Assembly: GCA_951812585.1 (NCBI GenBank)
Contig: OX638318.1
Span: 1,240,819 to 1,304,818, forward strand
Direction of reading: 5' to 3'
Source: Rhodothermales bacterium
GTDB lineage: Bacteria > Bacteroidota > Rhodothermia > Rhodothermales > Bin80
DNA: 64,000 nt
This document shows, piece after piece, positions 1-9,836 of the stretch. The first letter of the stretch is position 1; each line of letters starts with the position of its first letter. The notes under the pieces were generated by a model. It made no database searches. It saw nothing but the letters and a program-made list of their open reading frames with translations, and was not told the origin of the DNA. Both the position numbers and the translations under genes were made by a program.

Positions 1-273
1 TGCGAGCCCAAGCAGCCCCTCCTCGTTGTTCGCCCGGCTTACCTTGGTTCGAATGTCCAGAAACTCCGTGGCCTGCGCGACTGCCGGATCATTGTCAAAC
101 ACGTAGATCATGCCGCGCTGCTCCACCAGAAACAGCAGGTCGCCTGCATGCTGCAAATCTACAGGACGCTCAAACCGGAGCGCCGAAAATACCTGCTCCA
201 CCGGCACGCTCTGGGCCCATGCGCCGGATGCAGCCATGAGCATACCGCCAAGGACTGCGAGATGGATACGCAT
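1..273 (-). CDS. PQQ-dependent sugar dehydrogenase family (glucose/sorbosone dehydrogenase-like), N-terminal part; the gene runs off the left edge
   Basis: Not in the ORF track because there is no stop in the window. My translation of the minus strand from ATG 273 is MRIHLAVLGGMLMAASGAWAQSVPVEQVFSALRFERPVDLQHAGDLLFLVEQRGMIYVFDNDPAVAQATEFLDIRTKVSRANNEEGLLGLA. It has a signal peptide, then the E.RG.I..f...FLDI..V....E.GLLGLA pattern typical of this family. Confidence 0.55.
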   Translation of the reverse strand, partial: MRIHLAVLGGMLMAASGAWAQSVPVEQVFSALRFERPVDLQHAGDLLFLVEQRGMIYVFDNDPAVAQATEFLDIRTKVSRANNEEGLLGLA

Positions 274-1243
274 GGCACTACCAGGTCTGGTTGCAGTACA
301 CTTGCCATCGAGGCCTACCGTTATATACGTTCGATTAATGGATTTGCTGCACTCAAGGAACGCGTCTGGTGAATCCTGCCATATGCCGCTGGACTTGGCA
401 TTATGTTGCTGCATAGTGGCATGATGACATCGGCGACACGTTTCAGCCGGCGGGAACGGTGACAGAGCTGCGTGATCGTGGGCACAACCGGGATCACAGC
501 CGCTCAAGTGGCTCGCCTATTTGGTTAACCCTGATATTGCGGCAGCCTGGTGACGAGGAAAACAGCTGCCCTGCGATCTTTCAATTCACGCCATCTGTAA
601 GGTGTTCAATGACACCCCTTAAGGCGTAGTATATAGTAGCATATATGGGTTCTCAAGTCGCGCTATTCGGGCGGCGGCGAGTACGCCAAGAGGAGGATGG
701 CCCGTACCCGTTGCATGGAAACCACGGCGCGAGATCAGAAGCGGGCTGCTTGGCATGCGCGCGGCAAAGCTGTCCATTACATGCTGGGACGCTGACAAAA
801 ACTGACCCGCTATTTGATAGGGCGACCTGTCACGCTGGACTACAACCTCGTCGAGCATGCGCCGGCATGGTGCCCATAGTAGTTGATTTCAGGTATGCAT
901 CCAGGCGGACAGCCTATGCCCCGCCGTGTCGGCACTGCACTGGCGCTTCTCTGTCAGACCCTGCCAATACCGCATGAAGCGTATCCGTAGTCCTGTCAAA
1001 CGTATTTGCCAAGAAGCGAATGTGGAGTGTGATCTTCTTCCGATCCGTCAGGATCAGGGACATTTGCAGGGTTTGTGGTAGGGGTTGCATAAGGACCATA
1101 TCCACCAGGCTTGATCAAGGTAAAGCGAAGGGCCCGGCAGCATCAAGTGGCACAGCTAAGCTTGTGTCGCAAGGATCGTTTTGAACCAGCAAGCAGATGG
1201 ACTGCGGCAACGGGCTGGCCGCCTGCTTGCAGGAACGTTCTGT

Positions 1244-3334
1244 TCAGATCGATGAAGGCGGACGCGGGGAAATCATCTGGGCATCGCCATTTGGACGCAG
1301 CGCCTCTATTCGCAATCGCATTTCCCTGTTGTAGCGCTCCGCTCCCGGGAAGCCGGATGTAGCGTACTGGATGCGCCCCTCGGGGCCTAGGATGAAGTGG
1401 GCGGGGATGCCTGTCACGCCAAAATCCGTAGCACTGCCCTCATCGTACAAGACCGTAAAGGTATAGTCGTTCTCGGAGAGAAATTGCCGCGTTTCACTGT
1501 GGTCAACATCGGTCGTGATCGCAAGAAACATCACATCCTGGGCCACCGCGTACGAGTTTACCAAGTCGCGATAGTGAGGAAACTCCGAGCGGCAGGGCCC
1601 GCACCAGGTGGCCCAGTAGTTAAGCACCACAACTTTTCCTTGAAGCTCCGACAGTCGCCAAACGGCTCCCTCGGTATCGGTGAGACTGAAATCCGGAGCC
1701 TCCCGGTTGAGACGGTCGTTTACCAAATGCTTTCGAGCTGCGTCAGCAACCTTCACGCGTGCGGCCTCAAGATCGCTATCCAGGGACGCTTCATTGCCGC
1801 TGAGACGAAACGCCACCGCAACTACTGCTTCGCGAATGCTGTCGGCATCGCTGCCAAGGCGCTCGTCTTCGGTGTTGTGCGCCAAAGCAGACACAAGCGT
1901 TTCGTACGCTTCCTCGTCTCTGCCTTGCCTCGCAAGGAGTTTGCCAAGCGTTGCAAGATGGTCGCTTCGGGGAACGGCTGGCGTTGCAATAGCTCTCAGC
2001 AATGACTGTTCCGCTTCCGCATCCCGCTCCAGGCCAATCAGTGCCTGCCCCCTGTGATGCTCAAAGATGGCATTCCAGTACCTTGTCCTGCTCTCCATTC
2101 CGCGTGCTTGCACTCCAGGATAAAGCAGACCGGGCCGCCCTTGTTCGAGCATGCCTATGGCCTCGCCTACATATGCGAGTGCCTCTTCCAGCCTGTAATC
2201 ATGATCTATGAGCGTCCGGACCAGCTGAGAATACCGCCGTGCCCCACCCCAGGTATCAAGAAGCACCAGATCCCGGCTCGCATCCGTAATTCGATCAAGC
2301 AATTCTGCACTCGCCTGCCCGTCCTCGCTGCGCTGCCGCCCCGCTTCCCGAACCAGTACTGATCGCTCCTCGGAAAGCGCAACTGCGTAACTGCCGACAT
2401 CGCCGCTTTCCCACGATGGAAAGAAGCGTTGCTTCCAGCGCTCGGTGACCTCCAACCGTTCTTCCATGGGCGCATCCCGCGTCTCAAAAAAGTCCATGTA
2501 GTGCATATCAAAATGAAACATATGTGCGCCCATACGCCGACCCTCTGGCGTTTCATCAAGGCGGGTCAGCCAGCGACGCTGCGATTCAGAGTCACCTATT
2601 AGATCGTATCCGACTGCCATAAAGTATAGATGGCGTGGATCGGCGCTTGTGTCGCTAGCCACCACGCGAGTGGATTCCAGCTCTCGAAGCAGCTCGGCCT
2701 CTATCGCTGCTGCTTCCTCATCACCGGACGAGCGCGCCGTCACGAGCTGTGCCTGTATGTGGTGGATCCGAAAAACCGGCGATTCATCGGTAGGTGATAC
2801 GCTCGCTATATCGATCGCCATCGAATCCAGGATCTCAAGCCACCTTTCCGACTGGTTTAGATCGCCGACGGCGTCCTCAACACTCTCATACGGCTCCACG
2901 CGATCTGGAAAGTCTCGAATGGTTACGCGGCCAACTTCAATGGTACGATCTAACCAGTCTCGTCGCCCGCGCAGACTTCCACCCCAGACAAGCGTGTTTA
3001 AGTACCCTTCGTGTATGCGCGGATCGTCGGGGGCCAGCTCCATAGCCCGTTCGAATGCCTGGACTGCTTCCTCATACTGGTTCATTTCTTGTAGTACACG
3101 GGCATAGCCGTACGCTGCTTCGGCATTATCTGGCTCCTGCTCCAAGGCCCTTTCGAACCCGTCACGCGCCGCCATAAAGTCGAAAGCTGCATAGTGCTGA
3201 CGCGCAAGTTCGATATGCTCTTCGGCGCTTGGTCCGGAATCTGAGCACGACACAAGGACAGTGGAGGCAAGCAGCAACGCAAGCCCGGTAGCGCATGAAA
3301 TGATGGTTTCCGAAGTTCGCGTACAAGAAGTCAT
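1244..3334 (-). CDS. TPR-repeat lipoprotein with C-terminal TlpA/redoxin-type thiol:disulfide oxidoreductase domain
   Basis: Track ORF 1244..3529, trimmed to ATG 3334 (MTSCTRTSETIISCATGLALLLASTVLVSCSDSG, a lipoprotein-type signal). TPR-like helical repeats follow (ARQHYAAFDFMAARDGFERALEQEPDNAEAAYGYARVL). The C-terminal thioredoxin fold has a WATWCGPC active site. Confidence 0.8.
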   Translation of the reverse strand: MTSCTRTSETIISCATGLALLLASTVLVSCSDSGPSAEEHIELARQHYAAFDFMAARDGFERALEQEPDNAEAAYGYARVLQEMNQYEEAVQAFERAMELAPDDPRIHEGYLNTLVWGGSLRGRRDWLDRTIEVGRVTIRDFPDRVEPYESVEDAVGDLNQSERWLEILDSMAIDIASVSPTDESPVFRIHHIQAQLVTARSSGDEEAAAIEAELLRELESTRVVASDTSADPRHLYFMAVGYDLIGDSESQRRWLTRLDETPEGRRMGAHMFHFDMHYMDFFETRDAPMEERLEVTERWKQRFFPSWESGDVGSYAVALSEERSVLVREAGRQRSEDGQASAELLDRITDASRDLVLLDTWGGARRYSQLVRTLIDHDYRLEEALAYVGEAIGMLEQGRPGLLYPGVQARGMESRTRYWNAIFEHHRGQALIGLERDAEAEQSLLRAIATPAVPRSDHLATLGKLLARQGRDEEAYETLVSALAHNTEDERLGSDADSIREAVVAVAFRLSGNEASLDSDLEAARVKVADAARKHLVNDRLNREAPDFSLTDTEGAVWRLSELQGKVVVLNYWATWCGPCRSEFPHYRDLVNSYAVAQDVMFLAITTDVDHSETRQFLSENDYTFTVLYDEGSATDFGVTGIPAHFILGPEGRIQYATSGFPGAERYNREMRLRIEALRPNGDAQMISPRPPSSI

Positions 3335-3856
3335 CGCTGGTTGTGTCTGGACGATAGAATTAGCCCTGCCTGTTACTCTTACTCTCAAAACTTGACAACG
3401 GGTCCGTGCACGGCAGCGGAGCCGCCGCCCGTGGAGCAGCTTTGGAGTGGTGCGGGTTTGCGCGATCCGTGCTGCGTGCCGGGTGCACCGCCGTGATTCT
3501 CCAGCGAGAGTGCGAGTTCCGTGCACCATTCTTTGGTGTACAAGAGGCTTGGGCGGATGCGCCTGGAATCCGCACGGTAACCCGACCAGCTAAGCCCCTC
3601 GGATCAGCTCCGCAAGATCGGGTGCTTGGAGACGGCGGATTACCCCATGGGCATTAACCCCGCTCTTGGGGCGCATGGGATCCAGGTCGCTGAACTTTCA
3701 AGTCCAACGCGGGCTTCGGGCACGGTGCTACGTTGGACCACCAGAAAGAACCGTGCTCCAATGAGGCTGCATCTTGTTACTTTGGAATATAATTCCCCTC
3801 TGAACAGCGTTGCTTGGCTTAAGCGTAACTTGCCGGATCCAAACCCACTTACCACC

Positions 3857-5857
3857 ATGAAACATTTTGGAACAATCATACTCTGCCTAACCCTGGGCAT
3901 GGCTGCGTACGGACAGCAGCCCTTGGAGCTAGAGCAGTATCTTGATATGGAGTCGGTGTCGAGCCCGCAGCTTTCGCCGAGCGGCCAGGAGGTCGTCTAT
4001 ACGCGAGGCTGGATTGACCGGATGAACGACCGGCGGGCTTCTGCGCTCTGGATCATGAACGCAGATGGTTCGCAGAACCGGTTCCTGGTTGAAGGGTCCA
4101 GCCCGCGCTGGTCGCCAAGCGGGGACCGCATCGCATTTGTTGCACGAGGCGAACCCTCCGGCCCTCAGCTTTTTGTCCTTTATCGCGGCCTGACCGAGCC
4201 GGCCACGCAGATTACCCGACTTGAAAACGATCCCTCCAACGTAGCATGGAGTCCGGATGGGCGATGGATCGCCTTTACGGCGCTCGTGGATGGCGACAGT
4301 GGATGGGGAATCAACCCGCCCGGCAAGCCCGAGGGCACGTCTTGGACCAAAGCGCCGCGCGTCGTTGAGGATCTGGTTTATAGGAGGGATCGCGTAGGCT
4401 TCTATGAAGCTGGCTATACGCACATCTTTGTAGTGCCCGCTGCCGGGGGCACACCGCGTCAAGTCACCAGCGGTGACTGGCACCACGGTCGCGGCGGCCT
4501 GTCCTGGACGCCCGATGGTGCGGAGCTTTTGTTCAGCAGTCTGCGGGTGCCCGATGCAGAATACGCTTGGCGCGAGTCCGAGATTTACGCCGTAAGCGTG
4601 CGCTCTGGCGCAGTGCGGCAGCTCACCTCTCGGCGCGGGCCAGACTCCGGCCCGGTCGTTTCTCCAAGCGGCAAGCATGTCGCCTACACCGGATACGACT
4701 TTACCGACGACACCTACATCGCGTCCACGCTCTATGTCATGGGCATTGACGGCAGCAACCCGCGCGCATTGACACAGTCGCTTGATCGGTCTCCGCGCAG
4801 CCTGATTTGGGCCGACGATAATGCCGGCCTCTATTTCGGTGCCAATGACTACGGCACGCGCAACCTGCTTTATGTGTCGATGAAGGGCGCTGTGCAGGCT
4901 GTGACGGAGGGCAACCATATGGTGTCGATTTCAGACATCCAGGAAAACAAGGCCGTGGGGGTGCTCAGCAGCCCGCATCGCTCCAGCGAACTGGTCGGTA
5001 TCGACATGGACGCGGGGACCATGACCACGCTGCTCAGCGTCAATGACGATGTTCTGAACTACGTGTCGCTCGGCGAAGTCGAAGAGATCAACTACACATC
5101 GACGGACGACCTGCCCATACAGGGAAGGATCATCAAGCCGCCCGACTTTGATCCGTCCAAGAAGTATCCGCTCATCCTGGCGATTCATGGCGGGCCTCAC
5201 GGGATGTACCATGTCGGATTCAATTTCGCGTGGCAGTATCATGCGGCTCAGGGCTATATAGTGCTGTACACGAATCCGCGCGGCTCATCGGGCTACGGCA
5301 GTGCGTTCGGCAATGAAATCAAGCGAGCCTACCCCGGTAAGGACTATGACGACCTGATGGCCGGTGTAGATGAAGTCATAAGCCGCGGTTATGTCAATAA
5401 GGAAAACCTGTTTGTGTACGGCTGCAGCGGGGGCGGCGTGCTGACGTCCTGGGTCGTGGGCCAGACGCACCGCTTCGCTGCTGCTAGCGCCAACTGCCCG
5501 GTCACCAACTGGCTCTCCTTCGTGGGGACAACCGACGGTGCAACCTGGTACTACAACTTCGACAACCTTCCATGGGAGGACCCGTCGGAGCACCTCAGGC
5601 GCTCACCGCTTATGCATGTCGGCAACGTGAGCACGCCCACCATGCTCATGACGGGCGTGTATGACCTGCGCACCCCTATTTCGCAAACCGAGGAATACTA
5701 CCAGGCGCTCAAGCTGCGCAAGGTCCCCACGGCTATGGTGCGCTTCAACGACGAGTACCACGGCACGACCTCGAAGCCGTCCAACTTTCTGCGGACACAG
5801 CTCTATCTGCATCACTGGTTCAAAAAACACGCACGCACGCCGAGACCCGATATGTAA
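3857..5857 (+). CDS. S9 family serine peptidase (acylaminoacyl/prolyl oligopeptidase type) with N-terminal PD40/TolB-like propeller
   Basis: Track ORF 3626..5857, trimmed to ATG 3857 (MKHFGTIILCLTLGMAAYGQQ signal). Repeated SPSG/SPDG propeller motifs are present (SPSGQEVVY, SPSGDRIAF, SPDGRWIAF, SPSGKHVAY). The C-terminal hydrolase domain has the GCSGGG nucleophile elbow. Confidence 0.85.
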   Translation: MKHFGTIILCLTLGMAAYGQQPLELEQYLDMESVSSPQLSPSGQEVVYTRGWIDRMNDRRASALWIMNADGSQNRFLVEGSSPRWSPSGDRIAFVARGEPSGPQLFVLYRGLTEPATQITRLENDPSNVAWSPDGRWIAFTALVDGDSGWGINPPGKPEGTSWTKAPRVVEDLVYRRDRVGFYEAGYTHIFVVPAAGGTPRQVTSGDWHHGRGGLSWTPDGAELLFSSLRVPDAEYAWRESEIYAVSVRSGAVRQLTSRRGPDSGPVVSPSGKHVAYTGYDFTDDTYIASTLYVMGIDGSNPRALTQSLDRSPRSLIWADDNAGLYFGANDYGTRNLLYVSMKGAVQAVTEGNHMVSISDIQENKAVGVLSSPHRSSELVGIDMDAGTMTTLLSVNDDVLNYVSLGEVEEINYTSTDDLPIQGRIIKPPDFDPSKKYPLILAIHGGPHGMYHVGFNFAWQYHAAQGYIVLYTNPRGSSGYGSAFGNEIKRAYPGKDYDDLMAGVDEVISRGYVNKENLFVYGCSGGGVLTSWVVGQTHRFAAASANCPVTNWLSFVGTTDGATWYYNFDNLPWEDPSEHLRRSPLMHVGNVSTPTMLMTGVYDLRTPISQTEEYYQALKLRKVPTAMVRFNDEYHGTTSKPSNFLRTQLYLHHWFKKHARTPRPDM

Positions 5858-5990
5858 CGGTGATGCTCCAAGCGCACACAGCACCTTTGTTGCCTGTTGC
5901 CACTTGGCCTGCACAAATCCGTTATGAGGGTGCCACCTGTCAACCGCCGGTTCGCCGCCGGCCGGATACCCCGTTGCTGAACGCTGCGCG

Positions 5991-7127
5991 ATGATCACCA
6001 ATCCCTTTGCGGTCTTTCTGGTGCTTGCGCTGGTGGTCCTCGCGGCGATCTACCTAGAGAAGCACTACAAGGTGTTTCGTGCACTGAGCGCCGCACTCGT
6101 TGGCATCCTGCTGGCCATGGTGCTCTCGAACGTCGGCCTGATCCCGGGTGAATCCAAAGCCTACGACTACCTTATCGACCCGGGCGTGAGCCTTGGCATC
6201 GTGCTTATACTGCTCAGCGTGGATGTCAAGACCGTCGTACAGGCGGGTCCTAGGATGCTCGCCGCCTTCGGCATCGGATCGCTGGGTACTGCGGTAGGCG
6301 CACTGGTCAGCGGGCTGCTTCTGGCTCCGATGGTTGGCCCGGAGACCTGGAAGCTTTCCGGCCAGTTTACTGGGACATACACCGGCGGCGGCGTGAACTT
6401 TGCTGCGCTGGGCCAAGCTTTTGACACCAGCAGCGAACTGTTTGCGGCCGCCATCGCCGCCGATGTGCTGTTGACGGCGCTCTGGATGATGCTGTGTCTT
6501 ACGCTGCCCCTCCTCTGGGCGCGCAACAAGCAGGAAAACACACATGAAGCGCCGCGCATGCAGGAAGGGTCGTTGCAGCAGGGGTTATACAGCAGCATAC
6601 GCCCCATGAGCCTGATGGACGCAGGTGCGCTCGTCCTCATCGCGGCGGGGTGCGTTGGGGCCGCGGATTATTTGGGGACGCTGGTTCCGCAGCTGCCCAC
6701 GGTGCTTTGGCTGACCACGCTCGCCCTGCTGATCGCGCAGGTGCCGGCCGTCAGACAACTTTCCGGCGCAGCCATGTGGGGCTACTACCTACTGCTGATG
6801 TTCCTTTCCACCAATGGCGCGCAAAGCGTCATTGCGAACATCATTGCAGTCGGTCCAGCGGTGCTCTATTTCGCGATAGGAACGGTGGCGCTGCACGGCA
6901 TCGCTTTGTTTGGACTGGGCGCGCTGCTCAGGATTGACCTGCCCACACTATTGGTGGCCTCGCAGGCCAACGTGGGCGGACCATCCTCGGCCATGGCGCT
7001 AGCCACTGCGCGCGGGTACACGCAACGGCTCTTGCCGGGCGTGGCCGTCGGCCTCCTGGGATACGCCGTGGGCAACTACGCGGGGTTCGGCATCGCCACG
7101 CTCGTTCGCAGCCTTCTCGGCGGATAG
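5991..7127 (+). CDS. Polytopic inner-membrane protein, DUF819-like
   Basis: A 378-aa ORF, hydrophobic throughout with roughly ten predicted TM segments. The family assignment comes from my recollection of DUF819-type N-termini (..LEKHYKVFRALSAALVGILLAMVLSNVGLIP). Function is unknown. Confidence 0.6.
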   Translation: MITNPFAVFLVLALVVLAAIYLEKHYKVFRALSAALVGILLAMVLSNVGLIPGESKAYDYLIDPGVSLGIVLILLSVDVKTVVQAGPRMLAAFGIGSLGTAVGALVSGLLLAPMVGPETWKLSGQFTGTYTGGGVNFAALGQAFDTSSELFAAAIAADVLLTALWMMLCLTLPLLWARNKQENTHEAPRMQEGSLQQGLYSSIRPMSLMDAGALVLIAAGCVGAADYLGTLVPQLPTVLWLTTLALLIAQVPAVRQLSGAAMWGYYLLLMFLSTNGAQSVIANIIAVGPAVLYFAIGTVALHGIALFGLGALLRIDLPTLLVASQANVGGPSSAMALATARGYTQRLLPGVAVGLLGYAVGNYAGFGIATLVRSLLGG

Positions 7128-7208
7128 CCTCATCCAATGGCGCAAACGACTCCCTTCGGCCTTTCCTGTCGCCTTTGGAGGCCCCACAGATAAAGCATTG
7201 AGCACATT

Positions 7209-9065
7209 TTGGAAAAGAAACCGCGACGTACGCTACTGAGCCGGACCACTTGGCGCGAAGCCCGCCGCCTGATGTGGAACCATCGCAGGCAGCTCGGACT
7301 GGGCCTGGCGATCATGATCGTCAACCGCCTCAGCGGCTTTGTGCTGCCCGGCAGTTCCAAGTGGCTTATTGACGAGGTGATCACCAACAGCCGCGTGGAG
7401 CTGCTGGTACCGCTGGCGCTGGCGGTCGGCCTGGCCACCGTCGTACAGGCCTTAAGTTCGTACGCACTCTCTCAGGTCATCAGCATCTCCGCGCAACGCC
7501 TCATCATGGATATGCGCAAGCGCGTCCATGCGCATGTCATCCGGCTCCCTGTCCGATACTTTGACAACACCAAGGCAGGAGAGCTGATTTCCCGGATCAT
7601 GTCCGACGCGGAGGGACTGCGCAACCTGGTGGGCACGGGTATTGTGATGCTGGTGGGAGGCGTGTTCACCGCCGTGCTGGCACTGGCGGTCCTGCTCTAC
7701 CTGAACTGGCAGATGACCCTGGTAGCGCTCCTTCTGCTTGGCAGCTTCGGCTTCTTCATGGGTCGCTCCTTCCGGCAGCTAAGACCCATCTTCAGAGAGC
7801 GTCACAAGATCAACGCCGACCTCACGGGTCGGCTCGGAGAAACGCTGGGGGGCATTCGGCTAGTCAAGGCCTACGGAGCAGAACCCCGTGAACAAAAGCA
7901 GTTTGGAAGCGGCGTAGCCAAGCTCTTCGGCAGGATTGCAGACAGCATCACAGGCGTTAACAAGACTACTGCGGGCGGCACTTTTGTGGTCGGGCTGGTA
8001 GGGGCAGTCATAATCTGGCTTGGCGGCAACGCGGTCACGCAGGGAACCATGACGCTGGGAGACCTCGTCATGTACATTTTCTTTATTGGCGTTCTGGCGG
8101 CGCCGATAGTGCAGATCGCCAATGTAGGGACGCAAGTGGCCGATGCCTTCGCGGGTTTGGACCGCATCCGGGACCTGTTCGCCACCCCTACCGAAGAGGC
8201 TGATGAAGCAAGCCGGAAGCCCCTGCCAACAGTTAAAGGAAACATCGTCTTCGAGGACGTGCATTTCAGCTACAAGGAAGATGTACCGGTGCTTCGGGGC
8301 ATTTCGCTGACGGCCAGACCGGGAACGACCACGGCGCTGGTCGGCAGAAGCGGCTCAGGCAAGAGCACACTGGCCAGCCTCGTAATGGCGTTCGATGCGC
8401 CGCAGTCTGGCCGCGTCCTGGTGGACGGAAAGGACCTGACCACGCTGAAGCTCAAGGACTACCGGGCAAACCTGGGTATTGTCTTGCAGGAGAACTTCCT
8501 GTTTGACGGCACGGTGGCGGAGAACATTTGCTTCGCACGACCGGATGCGACCCGAAGCGAAGTGGAAGAGGTCAGCCGTATCGCCAACGCCGACGAGTTC
8601 GTGCGCGCTTTTCCAGAAGGCTATGATACGGTGGTGGGAGAGCGCGGCATCAAGCTGTCTGGCGGGCAGCGGCAGCGGATCGCTATTGCCCGCGCTATCC
8701 TGGCCAATCCGCGCATACTCATCCTGGATGAAGCCACCTCCAGTCTCGACTCAGAAAGCGAAGCCCTCATCCAGGAAGGATTTGCCATGCTGCGCCAGGG
8801 ACGCACCACCTTCGTCATCGCGCATCGCCTGTCCACTATCAGGAGTGCGGATCAGATCCTGGTATTGGAGGAGGGCCAGATCGTCGAGCGGGGCACGCAC
8901 GATGAACTCCTGGCACTTGGCGGGTGCTACAAGGAGCTTCATGATCAGCAGTACCGCTTTGAGCAGAACCGCTTCATCAATCCCGGCGAGGAGATCAGCA
9001 CTAGGACGCCCGCGGTGCCCACGGCTGCGCCTCGGAGGCGTCGGTCCGTGCCGTGGCGGTCCTGA
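7209..9065 (+). CDS. ABC transporter, fused permease/ATP-binding exporter (MsbA/multidrug type)
   Basis: 618 aa. An N-terminal 6-TM exporter domain is followed by an NBD with Walker A GRSGSGKST, signature LSGGQRQR, Walker B ILILDEATS and H-loop AHRLST. The start is TTG, as in the track. Confidence 0.9.
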   Translation: MEKKPRRTLLSRTTWREARRLMWNHRRQLGLGLAIMIVNRLSGFVLPGSSKWLIDEVITNSRVELLVPLALAVGLATVVQALSSYALSQVISISAQRLIMDMRKRVHAHVIRLPVRYFDNTKAGELISRIMSDAEGLRNLVGTGIVMLVGGVFTAVLALAVLLYLNWQMTLVALLLLGSFGFFMGRSFRQLRPIFRERHKINADLTGRLGETLGGIRLVKAYGAEPREQKQFGSGVAKLFGRIADSITGVNKTTAGGTFVVGLVGAVIIWLGGNAVTQGTMTLGDLVMYIFFIGVLAAPIVQIANVGTQVADAFAGLDRIRDLFATPTEEADEASRKPLPTVKGNIVFEDVHFSYKEDVPVLRGISLTARPGTTTALVGRSGSGKSTLASLVMAFDAPQSGRVLVDGKDLTTLKLKDYRANLGIVLQENFLFDGTVAENICFARPDATRSEVEEVSRIANADEFVRAFPEGYDTVVGERGIKLSGGQRQRIAIARAILANPRILILDEATSSLDSESEALIQEGFAMLRQGRTTFVIAHRLSTIRSADQILVLEEGQIVERGTHDELLALGGCYKELHDQQYRFEQNRFINPGEEISTRTPAVPTAAPRRRRSVPWRS

Positions 9066-9237
9066 GCAGGAAAGCGGGCCGTCGCCTGCGCGCAAGGCCT
9101 GCGCACAAGCAGCAAGCGAACTTCAAGGCGCGGGCCGCGCGGGCGGCTTGCGTATCGCCCGCTGCTTGGGGATTCCATCGCGACCCTCCGTATCCCGTGC
9201 ACCCCCGACCTGGCTGATGAACGCTGACGGCGGCGCA

Positions 9238-9741
9238 TCAGTGAGAGACCAAGGCCCCGACTAGCGGATTTGCCGGCCCTATCCGCACAGGCAACCGGTA
9301 ATACGCGCTTGCCAGAACCGAGCGGGTGACAAGCACTCCGACGCCATCAAACACAGTAACTGAGTAGCCACTGGGGCCTGACAACAGCGGAGCCGTCGTA
9401 CCCAGATACGCAATGCTTGAAAACGTCTGTTCCATGTTGCGCTCTCGAAACACCAGCGTAAGCTCCGTGCGCAACTGACTCCACTCGTACCCCAAGGCTG
9501 CTGAAAGAACTGCGCCAACATCCGCCGAGGCATCATAAATCCAGTTGTAGCCTTGAGGTGGCGGGCATTCGCTGAAAGTTGGATAGCAGACCTGGTCCGT
9601 GTTCCAGCCCTCAAGCTGCATGTTGTCTGCGGCTGCGGCCCCGATGCCGGCCTCGAGATACCACCCACATGCATGAGCGTCACCTGCGGACTTAAGATGC
9701 AGAATCGTTGATTTTTGCTTTTCGGCGTGCGTCAAACGCAA
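9238..9741 (-). pseudogene. Outer-membrane beta-barrel protein fragment (OmpA/OmpW-like barrel), lacking a signal peptide
   Basis: The 167-aa ORF shows alternating barrel-strand patterns (GWYLEAGIGAAAADN.., AALGYEWSQLRTELTLVF, VLASAYYRLPV). It has no N-terminal signal and ends without the usual aromatic C-terminus. Its 5' end abuts the IS left end at about 9760. Confidence 0.35.
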
Positions 9742-9759
9742 GGATCCGCACGCTGCCCA

Positions 9760-9782
9760 CTTGGACCCCGGCTAGCCCTCCC
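9760..9782. repeat. Candidate left terminal inverted repeat of the IS
   Basis: The CTTGGA....GGCTAGCCCTCCC core (13/13 nt, GGCTAGCCCTCCC at 9770-9782) matches the reverse complement of 12425-12437. Confidence 0.4.
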
Positions 9783-9836
9783 AAGTAGTCATAAATCAGA
9801 CTTAACAATGGCCTTCATAACGTTTGGCTTGCCGTT

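Noticed and set aside
41-60. GGTTCGAAT T-loop-like sequence suggesting a tRNA
   Set aside because: The flanking bases cannot form a T-stem or an acceptor stem, and the segment lies inside a well-supported coding frame.
3335-3529. N-terminal extensions in the ORF track (also 3626-3856, 23763-23861, 37865-38056, 42630-42770, 45454-45723, 46710-46868, 48534-48668)
   Set aside because: The extensions are Arg-rich with no homology-like pattern. They often overlap the upstream gene. An internal ATG gives a canonical signal peptide or the conserved family N-terminus.
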